In this document: positions 50,361 to 62,200 of the stretch, in pieces | Layout of the letters: every line of letters starts with the position of its first letter | How positions within the stretch are numbered: the first letter of the stretch is position 1 | Source: Octopus sinensis | Lineage: Eukaryota | Length of the DNA: 64,000 nucleotides | Reading direction: 5' to 3' | Assembly (NCBI RefSeq): GCF_006345805.1 | Contig: NC_043017.1 | Coordinates: 9,300,001-9,364,000, forward strand | Notes under the pieces: generated by a model | Databases searched by the model: none | What the model saw: only the letters and a program-made list of their open reading frames with translations | What the model was told of the DNA's origin: nothing | Made by a program: the position numbers and the translations under genes

Positions 50361-50766
50361 AGGCGCAGGCGTGGCTGTGTGGTAAGTAGCTTGCTTACCA
50401 ACCACATGGTTCTGAGTTCAGTCCCACTGCGTGGCACTTTGGGCAAGTGTCTTCTGCTATAGCCCCGGGCCGACCAATGCCTTGTGAGTGGATTTGGTAG
50501 ATGGAAACTGAAAAAAGCCTGTTGTATATATGTATATGTATATATATATGTATGTGTTTGTGTGTCTGTGTTTGTCCCCCTAGCATTGCTTGATAACCGA
50601 TGCTGGTGTGTTTACGTCCCTGTCACTTAGCGGTTTGGCCAAAGAGACCGATAGAATAAGTACTAGGCTTACAAAGAATAAGTCCCGGGGTCGGTTTGCT
50701 CAACTAAAGGCGGTGCTCCAGCATGGCCACAGTCAAATGACTGAAACACGTAAAAGAGTAAAGAGT
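50361..50766 (+). mobile_element. full-length SINE family B nested in a minus-strand SINE H (50240-50960)
   Basis: Complete head, CORE-like segment, internal (TA/TG)n and GTAAAAGAGTAAAGAG tail. Host SINE halves lie on both sides. Confidence 0.9.
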
Positions 50767-51028
50767 ATAGGGTTCTTCAAGGAGATTCAATGTGACAAGG
50801 CTGGCCCCTTTGAATTACAAATACAATACATTTTGTCCAGCTGAGTGGATTGGAGCAACACGAAATAAAGAGCCTTAGTCAAGGACGCAATACGCCGTCT
50901 GGGATTGAACTCACGACCATACGCTATTGAGCCGAATGCTCTAACCACTTAGACACAAGCATTTGCAAAGAAAAACAATGAAATAAAAGAAACAACACAT
51001 TGGATATTGTAGTCTTAGGACATGTCAC

Positions 51029-51452
51029 GGATCTTTTCGGTTTGAACAGCAGTTTTTAAAAATAATTTCCACGTAACTAAACATGTTTAAACTTCGTATA
51101 CTGGTAGAATGTATTTATAAAACATCTTTTTCTCTTGGCTTTATTGAGAAAATTCTATAGTTTGTAAGATATTTGTTGTTTTTTTTCCTTCAATTTCTGC
51201 AATTTCAACCAATCAATGACATCTATTGATGTCAAAACATTCTGTGCCATATGAATATGTCCCTCGTTTAAGAAACAGATTGGGTTTATTTACATTTGTG
51301 AAGAAAAAAAAGATACCCTTCCCCCACCCCTAACCCTAACCCTAACCTTAAAACAGATTGAAATGCAATAGATCGATACTAGGGTCATAATTATGGGTGA
51401 CAATTTCATATGACACCACTAGAAAAAACTGCCGTTCAAACTGAAAAGATCC
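51029..51452. mobile_element. MITE with ~29-bp TIRs and 8-bp TSD (Merlin- or hAT-like), containing (TAACCC)3
   Basis: GGATCTTTTCGGTTTGAACAGCAGTTTTT ... AAAAACTGCCGTTCAAACTGAAAAGATCC. CATGTCAC duplicated at 51021-51028 and 51453-51460. Confidence 0.92.
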
Positions 51453-52190
51453 CATGTCACCCCTGAAAATAGATAGAGTGGTCACAGCTGGAATGTTTTT
51501 GATCATGGGTCCACTGGCTCAGAGCTGTCCTGGGGCTAAATTACATTGTTTGTTTGTTTGATCTTCGTTCTAGTGTTTACCTCTGTCTACCAGGCTGACA
51601 ATCAAGTTTGCAGAGTTTTTGCTTCTACCAACTCCCACCACGACCATCACCACATCCACCTACTCATCTCTTTCTCTTACCTTCCCTCTCTCTCTCTCTC
51701 TTCCTTTTTATATCTCTTTCTCTCTTCCTCTCCTCTCCTGACTCTCTCTCCCCCTTGCGCTCTCCTTTTCTTTCTCTCCTCTCTCCACCCCACCTCGCCG
51801 CCACTTCCAGCCGTCTTACAGACAGTGGTGAACAGAATCAAACTTCATCTCTGTTAATCTTGCACCTCAACCACACAGCAGCCTCCTCCTCCCCCTCCAA
51901 CTTCATCCTTGCCTCCTCCCCCACCTTGCTCTCCTTTCTTACAATGACATTTTTTTTTTTTCTTTTTCTTTTTGCTTAAATTTTTTTTTCCTTTTTCCTT
52001 CTTTCCAGTCAATTATTTCATCTTTTCAATCAATTCTTTCTCTATTATTAGATTTATTTCAAGAATTCAAATTTAATTTCTTGCACAGTTTGATAGATTT
52101 ATCTTTCTCTAATTCTTTTATTTAATTCTTATTATTTTATCATCATTATTATCAGTTCTCTTTTTGGCTTTTACATTTTTTTCTATATAC

Positions 52191-52263
<73 letters not shown>

Positions 52264-52442
52264 TATATTATATTATATTATATTATATTATATTATGTCT
52301 TAAAATGTTAATAAGGCCTGAGGAATATTTCAAGTATTCATAAAAAAAAGACTCATAGCGGGACGCACACATACACACCGTGTATACCTGTATGAACATA
52401 CATATGTATGCAGGCACATGTGTGTGTGTATACATACATACA

Positions 52443-52490
<48 letters not shown>

Positions 52491-52789
52491 ATAGAAATAT
52501 ATTACAAAAAGAAAATAGAAACTACACGTGGAAATGTAAGGGGAAAGTAAGAAGAAAAAAATGAGCAAAAATCATATATATATATATATATGTATGTATG
52601 TATGTATGTATATATAAATGTGTGTGTGTGTATGTATGTATAATATGCTTGTATATTGATGTATAAACATACACAAACACATTTATATTGAATAGAAGCA
52701 TAAATATATGTATATTGATGTATAACGGTGTATGTATGTAATGTATGTTATGGTATGTATATGTATAGTATACAACATGTATAAGGTAT

Positions 52790-52829
<40 letters not shown>

Positions 52830-52854
52830 GTGTCTGTATATATATATATATATA

Positions 52855-53243
52855 GGCGTAGGAGTGGCTGTGTGGTAAGTAGCTTGCTTACCAACCACAT
52901 GGTTCTGGGTTCATTCCCACTGCATGGCACCTTGGGCAAGTGTTTTCTATGGCCTTGGGCCGACCAATGCCTTGTGAGTGGAATTGGTAGACGGAAACTG
53001 AAGGAAGTCCGTCGTATATATGTATATATATATATATGTATGTGTGTGTCTGTGTTTGTCTCCCCCCCACACATCTTGACAACCGATGCTGGTGTGTTTA
53101 CGTCTCCATAACTTAGCGGTTCTGCAAAAGAGACTGATAGAATAATTACTAGGCTTACAAAGAATAAGTCCTGGAGTTGATTTGCTCGACTAAAGGCAGT
53201 GCTCCAGAATGGCCGCAGTCAACGACTGAAAGAAGTAAAAGAG

Positions 53244-53245
<2 letters not shown>
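52855..53245 (+). mobile_element. full-length SINE family B
   Basis: Matches 50361-50766. Confidence 0.9.
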
Positions 53246-53274
<29 letters not shown>

Positions 53275-54914
53275 ATGATTGTGTTGCTGAATACCTTTCC
53301 CTCCAAATGTCATATTCAAGACACATCTATATTTAATTTCAATCTTTCTTATTAACCATTCCACCCACCCCTACTCCCAAATTTCCCATTAGTCCTTTTA
53401 AGTTTACTTAGTACAACAACATTCCTCTAATCTGCTTCCATTTCCCAAAACCTTTCCAACCTCGCTGTTAGATTCTTCCTTCTTCACGGCAGTTGAAGTC
53501 AACAACTTTGTTAGAACTCTCCTACATAAGAAAATTAGGATTAGTACATCAACTATTAACCCTTTTGGCACCAAACTGCCCAAGAACAGCCCTGGTTTTC
53601 TGATAACAAGGTTCCTCGTTTAGAGTGATCTGAATTAAGATTTTTCATCGAAATTACATTTTAATTTATGTTCTAGACACCAAGTTAACGATGCTCTCAG
53701 ATTTTGGCATGGGAGAGTGGGTTAGTCGATGACATCGGCCCCAATGATCAACTGTCCTTATTTTATCGACCCTGAAAGGATGAAAAGTAAAGGCGACTCC
53801 ACCAGCATTTAAACTCAGGAAATAAAGTCAGACGAAATGCTTAGTAGCATTTTGTCTGGTGCCAGCTCAGCACCTGAAGCACCAACTTAATTATGATAAT
53901 GTTGATTTATGTTTTAAGCACAAACTTAATAACGATGAAATTATTTTACTAATTGCTTCATTATTTCCAAAATTGATTAAGACAATGGCAATGTCTTTCA
54001 GCAGAAATATCTATTATGATTATGTTCTTGTGTTTTTCTCCGTCACAACATATTAATGAGAAAGGATGGGGTGATGGCAAACTGGTAGTGGGATGATGGA
54101 AATTCTATGGCGAAAAAAAATCAAACAGCGTTTCAACTCTGTGTATGTGTGCATGTACAAAGGAAGTATGTGTATGTATGTGAATATCATAAAGTGTATT
54201 AATTTGATTTACCATCAATATTTATATATAAAATACTACAATTAGCTGTCATTTTCCACGAGGCATGGGGTCGGCTATAGTGCTAATAAAGAATTAACAA
54301 GAGCCATGTGGAAGGATAAGTGTTTTGTGTGTGTGTGGTGGTGGTGGGAGATGATGGACTTTATCTCTCACCTCATTTAACCCCTATGCTACCAACCTGG
54401 ATAAGACCATCTTTGGTTTATTTTTGATAACAAACTTATTTTCTTAATCCTTTGGCATTCAGATTACTCTGTCCAATGTAATGCTTATTTATTCACATTA
54501 TTTAGAATTAATCATGGATTATCTTGTAGTTTCAAGATTTCAGTGATATGGTTGTTTATTTTTAGAATGACATTGTAACAGAAGAGTAACAGATCTGTAA
54601 CAGATCTGGCCAGTTTGACCATAAGATTGGTAGAATATTTAGGCCAGATGTGGCCAGTTTAAATGCTAAAGAGTTAAAGTGTTCTCTGTGAAAACTTTCC
54701 AGTAAAATTCCATGTTAATTCATGTTCCAAGCTCCACGTCAGCCATGATCGAGCTGACATTCAATGAAAGGCATTCCAGCCATGACTACCCTCTCTTTTT
54801 AGGGATCTACATTATCTGTCAATATGCCCCTCCTTTTCTGTTTTTTTTTTTTTTAACCATATGATTTGATGATTTGGGGGAGGTTTGGGTCGGTTCATTG
54901 AATACAGGTTTTTG

Positions 54915-55005
54915 GCAGGTGCAGGGGTAGATATTAGCCAGAGAGAGGGAGGAGAGGAGACTGTTGTCATGGTAACCAATACCAGCAATCACTGCACTAC
55001 ACCTG
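54915..55005. promoter_or_regulatory. candidate enhancer: GCAGGTG E-box, X-box, CACCTG
   Basis: GCAGGTG (54915-54921), GTTGTCATGGTAAC (54963-54976), CACCTG (55000-55005). Confidence 0.38.
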
Positions 55006-55867
55006 GTCATCAGTGGCCAGTTGATGTATCCACAACTTATTGGGAGAGTCATAGTTGGGAGTCACCACCACCTTCATCGCCTCCACCACCACCACCACTA
55101 CCAACAGCTGTACTACTACCACCACCACCAATATCACCACTATCTACACCAGCAACAGCACCAAAGCCACTACCACTACCTTCATCACTACTCCACCCCA
55201 CTACATGCACCACCGCTACCAACACCCACACCAGTACCCATACTGTATGTAACCACTAATGACTGCCACTACCACTACCTCCACCAACACGATAATAACA
55301 ACAACAAACCCTACCTGCACTGCTGCTACCCCCCCCCCAGGGAATCCAATTTCAGCAACTCATTCTTACACTGGAACCCACCTACCCCTTGCCACCTGTA
55401 ACTTACCTCTCTCCCCTCTGTGACCCCTTCATCTGAGAAATGGGGCGCTGTTCACATTCATTCCTACACATTCAACCTCTTCCCTTTATATTTTTCTTTC
55501 CCATAATCAACACCTGCCCATACAACTCCTACCTGTGCTTCCCACCTGCTGCTATCACTACCAGAAACCCTACACCCATATTTCCTGGCAGGTAGTGATG
55601 GCTCTGCTCTCTCTCTCTCTCTCTCATATATACTTATGTGGTTGCTTCCCAACCACATGGTCCAGGGTTCAGTCCCACTGCATGGCACTCTGGGCAAGTG
55701 TCTTCTACTGTAGCCTCGAGCTGACCAAAGCCTTGAGTTGATTTGGTAGACAGAAACTGAAAGAAGCTTGTCATATGTGTATGTATATATATAAAATGTG
55801 ACCGCGTGTGTACCGTTGGCGATTTTTTTCCTCTGTCTTCCCTTCTCTGGATCTTTCCTTCTCCTAT

Positions 55868-55902
55868 GTTTCCGACGAAGAGCTCCACTCGAAATGTTAA
55901 AC
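55868..55902 (+). ncRNA. CpG-decayed hammerhead-like motif in a Penelope-like element (~55794-55997) inserted in the (TA)n of a SINE B
   Basis: GTTT-CCGACGA-A-GAGC(TCC)ACTC-GAAA-TGT-T-AAAC. SINE B head at ~55635-55790 and tail at ~56020-56170. Confidence 0.5.
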
Positions 55903-56552
55903 CCTCCTTCTTTCCTGAGCATCCAATAATACTATATTTATTCCACATCCTCGCGTTGTTGTGTTTTTTGTACTTTCATTTTTGGATTAACTTTACATAT
56001 ATATATATATATAGATATATATGTGTGTGTGTATCTGTGTTTGTCCCCTGACCATCACTTGACAACTGATGTTGGTGTGTTTATGTCCCCTAATTGTGGG
56101 GTTGATTTGTTCGACTAAAGGCAGTGCTCCAGCATGGCTTCAGTCAAATGACTGAAACAAGTAAGAGAAAGAGAATATGTATGTGTGTGTGTGTGTTTTC
56201 AGCACCCCCTCATATGTACTCAGTACATAAGGGGGACTCAACCTGCTAGCAATAGCAGCCAAATTCTCCCCCTAATGACACCTGTCTACTGTCTTAGACA
56301 ATAGAACCATTATATTGTGGAGTCCTGGTGATGGTATTCCTTAAAATAAGATGGGGTGGTCACGACTGGAACTCTTTTGGTCATAAGTTTGCTAGAGCAG
56401 TTGATCCGAGATGGTGCCATCTCAAATCAACTGTTTTTTATATTGTTTTTTATTTTATTTTGTATATTTTGTTGTTTTTTTTCATTCACTTGAAACTTCT
56501 GTCTTTTTGTGAAATAATTCCACTACAAATGTCTTTTTTCTTCTCATTGCAG

Positions 56553-56789
56553 GTATGATTTAAAACAAAACAAAACCCAGAAAACAGCATCCAAAATCTC
56601 AAATTCTTGTGATCCTCCATTCCTCCACAAATACACACCCACGTATATACAGAGATACACACACTGACACACACAAAACAAAGCAAAAAAAAAAGACTAT
56701 TTTATTTACTCTCAAACCAAGTTTGCTCTTTGGGTTTTTTTAAAAATTTACCATGTGACTACCCATCCTTTTGAATTAACTAACCAAAG
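56553..56789 (+). other. candidate non-coding exon / recursive-splicing exon
   Basis: No AG in 56411-56550, polypyrimidine tract, TGCAG|GTATGA. Downstream donor AAG|GTAAGC at 56789/56790. Stops in all three frames. Confidence 0.5.
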
Positions 56790-57538
56790 GTAAGCAACAC
56801 TTTTGTTTAATCCTCCCTTTCTTTAAACCCCCCTCCCCCTTTTTTTTGGGGGGGGGGCTTTTTTATTTTTATTTGTTGGTTATAAAGCAGATGGATCTCA
56901 ACCAGGGCCCATATGGCTCTTGGGGGTCCATACAAGATTTTGTTGTGAAAATTTATCTGCAATTAAACAGCTTATAGTTCTACATAATCATCATCATCAT
57001 CATTTAACGTCCATTGTCCATGCTGGCATGGGTTGGACGGTTTGACCGGTGCTGACATGCTGGAAGGCTGCGCCAGCCTCCAGTCTGATTTGGCATGGTT
57101 TCTATGGCTGGATGCCCTTCTTAATGCCACCCACCCCCAAGAGCGTAATGGGTGCTTTTATGTGCCACCGGCATGGGTGCCATTTGCAAGACACCAGTAT
57201 CTGTCACAACTATGATTTTACTTGGGTTTGATGGGTCTTCTTCTCAAGCACGACATAATGCTAGAGATCTCGGTCATTGCCTCTGTGAGGCCCAACAGTC
57301 GAAAGAAACAATACACAAAATATTTTTTTTTTTATACAATTCCTAAGGCGCAGGAATATGTATGATATATACATATGCCTATCTTTTACTTGTTTCATTC
57401 GTTTGACTGTGGCCATTCTGGGGCACCACCTTGAAGGGTTTTAGCCAAACAAATCGACCCTTGAACTTTTTTGTAAAATTCTAGGTGTATAAACAACAAG
57501 CAGGTGTATTAGTTTGATGCTCGGGAAGGTGAGAAAGT

Positions 57539-57574
57539 CTTTTACATTTCGAGCCTATGCTCTTCAGCAGAAAG
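57539..57574 (-). ncRNA. hammerhead-like motif (A6C variant), same family as 27504-27541
   Basis: Minus strand CTTT-CTGCTGA-A-GAGC(ATAG)GCTC-GAAA-TGT-A-AAAG. Confidence 0.45.
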
Positions 57575-57943
57575 GAACACAAGGAAATAAACAGAGAGAT
57601 GATAAAAAAAACTCATGGATTTATATATGTTGCCTTTTTACCCTTGTATGTTGTTCCTTGTCTGCAATGTCTTGAACCCTTGCACCCAATAAAAAAATAA
57701 TCACCATCATAAACATCATCATCATCATCGTCCTTTATTTAATTATTTATTTGTTTATTTGTATTCTTTGTTTCATGCAAGTTTAATTGCTTACTTTAAT
57801 TACTTACTTTAATAAGTGACGTGTCTTGATCTGCATTTTTTTTTAGTTTTTTGTAAATTATGTATGAGTGGTCTGTTTCTGAAGGGGACAATGAGTCAGT
57901 GACAACAACAGTAATTACCACCACCACCACCACCACCACACCA

Positions 57944-57986
<43 letters not shown>

Positions 57987-59776
57987 CACCACCACTACTA
58001 CTACTTCTACCACCACCACTACACCACCACCACTACTACTACCACCACCACCACCTCTACTACTACTACTACTACTACTACTGCCACTACTACTACTATT
58101 ACTAACACTGCTACTACTACTGCCACCACCACCACTGCTATTACTATAATGACTACAAGTGTATTGACCGACATTGTCTAACATCCTCTCCTTGACCCTT
58201 TATCACATCTTATTAGGTTTCTGACCCTTTTTTTTCCATGAGGATGGGACATACAGCCTGTTGAGCCTGTTTTGTGTGTGTGTGTGGGTGTGTAATCTGA
58301 GAACTTCCTTCCCTTAAGTGGAGGGGGAGGGCAGTGGGCACTGTGTCAACCACCAAAGCTTCTTCATCATCATCATCATCACCTCCACTATCAACACCTC
58401 TGTCACTACCACCACCACCACACCGTCACTGTCACCACCACCACCATCATCATCATCCTCAACATTACCATCCTCATTTTCGACATCTTTACATCAACAC
58501 CATCATCATCATCATCATCATCTCATCATCATCACCACCAAACAACAACAACAAACAACAACCATAACTGCAGTAATAATAGCATCATTATATTCGCTCT
58601 CTCTCACTGCCACCACCACAATCCTGTTCCTCTTCTTCTCCCCCTCTTCATCATCTTCACCAACATCACCCAATGCTGCACCCCCGCCCTCGCCACTACT
58701 ACCACAAACAAGAGAGCCTCTATGTATGCTGGCCAGCAGCTAAAGCCCCCTCGAATTACCCACCACGACCACCACCACAGAGGAGAGAAGCCGTGGAGGA
58801 GGATGATGGTAAGGCTAGATACACTGTATCTGAACAAACAACAAGAGGGTCACAAACTGGAATGTGTTTGATCATGGGTATGCCTGTTCGGTCGACCTAG
58901 GGCTAAATATATATATACCACCATCACCACCATCGCCACTACCATTGCCACATGACCACTGTCACCGCTATCACCACCATTGCCGCTACTACTAAGAACA
59001 GCTCAATGGGTAAGCCTCTTGCTAGAAATAGTAGCCAAATCTTCTTCATGTCACACAGATGTTGTACTACTATCTAAAAAGAGGAAAGAACACATTGGAT
59101 ATTGTGCTCCTACAAGAGCTGTAAAATGCCAGGATGGTCATGGTTGGAAGGCTTTAGATCATAATTCTCAATGAGGGGTGGGGTTTATTGACTTGTAGTT
59201 AAACAACGAAAACTAGTATCACTGCCATGGGTCTCATAGGACCAGAACTTAACCAATCCACTTCCCATACTGACTGAGATTAAGACACTCACCTGGATGG
59301 GATGCCAGTCCATCGCAGGCTTAACTTCTCTCTCTTTCTCTCTCCCTTTCTCTTTATCTCTTTCTCTCTTGCTATGTATTTTATATATATGTGTGTGTGT
59401 ATGAGTATATATCCAGGCTTACATTATCCTCCACTTCCTTTTTTCTCTGTGGTGATGGTCGTAGTAAGTAATTTGAAGGAGATTTAGCTGCTGTCTGTCT
59501 ACCTGCCTTATTCATCCTGAGCTCTAGGACTCATAGGGCCAGAGCTTAACTAATACGGTTTCCATGGTAACTGAGATGACAACATTCCCCTGGATGGGGC
59601 ACCGGCCTGTTACAAGGTTAACTTCCCCAGCTGTTGCCAGGACTGATTTACGACTGAGCGGGGCTGGAGCGACGTGAAACGAAGTAGGTCTTTGGTGACG
59701 AACTCAACCCCCACCCTCCCTCCTTCTGCCCGATCCAGGAACGGAACCCATGAACTTGCAATTGTGAGTACTATAC

Positions 59777-60005
59777 CCCAACCACAAGGCAACGAGCTGG
59801 CAGAAACGTTAGCACGCCAGGTGAAATGCTTAGCCGTAGTTTGTTTGGCTTTGTGTTCTGAGTTCAAATTCCGCTGAGGTCGACTTTGCCTTTCATCCTT
59901 TCGGGGTCAATGAATTAAGTACCTGTTACATACTGGGGTCGATCAAATCGATTAGACCCCCTCTCCAAAATATTTCGGGCCTTGTGCCTACAGTAGAAAA
60001 GAATA
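59777..60005 (+). mobile_element. SINE family A
   Basis: CGAGCTGGCAGAAACGTTAGC...GAGTTCAAATTCC...TTGTGCCTACAGTAGAAAA. Confidence 0.88.
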
Positions 60006-60437
60006 CCCCAACCACAAGACCAACACGCCTTCACATTACCATCACCCCTCTCCAAATTTGACCATCACTGACTATAGCAGGTAGGATGTACTATTGATGT
60101 ACTATACACCTTCACAGGTTGCAACACATCCACCGCCACCACCACCACCACTACACATCACCACTCTATACCACCACCACCACCACCACCACCACTAATC
60201 ACTGTTGTTTATTGTTCACACTACTTTGTTACTTTCAACTTTTTCTCGTTTTTATTTTGACTCTCTCTCTCTCTATTTATCTATCTATCTATCTATCTAT
60301 CACACTAAAGAAAGATACATAAAATAACTTAAAAAGCTTTTTTTTAAATACAACCCAGTCTCTGTCTTTTCTCTATGGGTGGGCGTGTCACTCTTTTCGC
60401 TTTCTTTCTCCTCATGTGTGTGTGAGTGTTGATATAG

Positions 60438-60526
<89 letters not shown>

Positions 60527-61490
60527 TACACACACACATATATATATATATACACACACACACATACCTATCTATCCACATATATACATATATAGCTGTA
60601 TCTTTGTCTTCTGTTGTCATCTCATGTTATTTTGGACATCTGAGACAGTGGGATGAAGGATGAAGGACTGGTGAAACCACTTCACACTCCGATAGATTAC
60701 AGGTTGTTTGCTTCATTCCCCATAACTGTGCCGCTGCCACCACCACCACCACTACCACCACCATCATCATCAATCCCATTATCATCATCATTAACAGCAA
60801 CAGCACCACCGCCACCATCATCATCACTTTCAGTGATCCCTATTTAGGTTATCTCTGTTACCACCATTGGCCTGTGCTCATGGACATACATGGGGTGTAT
60901 GGTGTATGGAACATAGGATGTATGTAGCAGTACCACCACCATCACCACCACTAACACCACCACCATCATTGTTATAATCAATTTGTGCTAGTATGTATTT
61001 ATGTGTGTTTACAATCTGAACTCTGCAGTTCTCGAGACATTCGTCTTCTGACTATTAAATATGTCTGCACATACATGTGGGGGGACACACACAATATCAT
61101 CACAGTATGGCCACAGATCGGACATTTAAATCTTGAGCCAATGAAAGAGAGAATTTCTACATGTTCATTTGACATTCTGTTTAGAAATAGCAGCTAAATT
61201 ACCCTCAAATCACACTTTACCATCTTAAGACAAAAATTTCATTAGGTTATATAGTCTGCGAAAATAAATAAGATGTGAGATTATGTCGCTCTGCTGTCAC
61301 AAAACAATATTCTTCTTAACACTTATTTCAAACTGACCCAAGGCAGTCTTCCTTGTCTCCTTGCAGCCTCTCTCCTTTCTAAGTTTCTACTCTGCTGTTG
61401 GGATTATACTCTTAGAAACATCTCCCAGTACTCAATACTTGCTGTTGAGAATGTCTCAGCATTTCACCTGGTGTTTGTTAATCGATGTGT

Positions 61491-61789
61491 TGTTCTTTCT
61501 CGAGCCATACCGGGCTCATAAGGGCCGGTTTCCCAGTTTCCTTGGCATATAGGTTCCCCACCTGGACGGGACGCCAGTCCATCGCAGGTGAGCTGCAAGA
61601 TGCAGGAGGAAAAAGTGAGAGAAAGTTGTGGCGAAAGAGTCAGCAGAAGTTCACCATTACCTTCTGCCGGAGCTGCGTGGAGCTTAGGTGTTTCGCTCAT
61701 AAACACACACATCACCCAGTCTGAGATTCAAACCCACGATCCCTTGACCGCGAGCCCGCTGCTCTAACCACTAGGCCATGTGCCTCCAC
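61491..61789 (-). mobile_element. full-length tRNA-derived SINE (family D) with 13-bp TSD
   Basis: Minus-strand head GTGGAGGCACATGGCCTAGTGGTTAG. TTAATC(G/A)ATGTGT at 61478-61490 and 61790-61802. Confidence 0.9.
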
Positions 61790-61971
61790 TTAATCAATGT
61801 GTATCTCTTTCTCAGCAGTGCTCCCTCTTATTCCACATCAAGTTCCTCTCATTTAGGTCTTCATCCCCTTAACAACTGAGGCGGATGAGGAGCTAGGTGA
61901 CGGTGTGGCTCAATGTAAAGGTGTTGTTGGTTAATTATGGATTGCCTTAAGTCCATCATTATATTATGTAT

Positions 61972-62200
61972 ATTTCTTTACTACCCATAAGGGGCTAAGC
62001 ATAGAGGGGACAAACAAGGACAGACAAAGGGATTAAGTCGATTACATCGACCCCAGTGTGTAACTGGTACTTTATTTATCGACCCCGAGAGGATGAAAGG
62101 CAAAGTCGACCTCGGCGGAATTTGAACTGAGAACGTAACGACAGACGAAATACCGCTAAGCATTTCGCCCAGCGTGCTAACGGTTCTGCCAGCTCGCCGC
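61972..62200 (-). mobile_element. full-length SINE family A (long tail)
   Basis: Reverse complement of the 37438-37666 type. Confidence 0.9.

Noticed and set aside
51328-51347. (TAACCC)3 as a true telomere or fusion scar
   Set aside because: Only about three units, located inside a TIR-bounded MITE.
58722-58815. MYAGQQLKPPRITHHDHHHRGEKPWRRMM with a GTAAGG donor, resembling a C2H2 linker
   Set aside because: No CxxC pair or second finger is present, and the His run comes from a CAC microsatellite.
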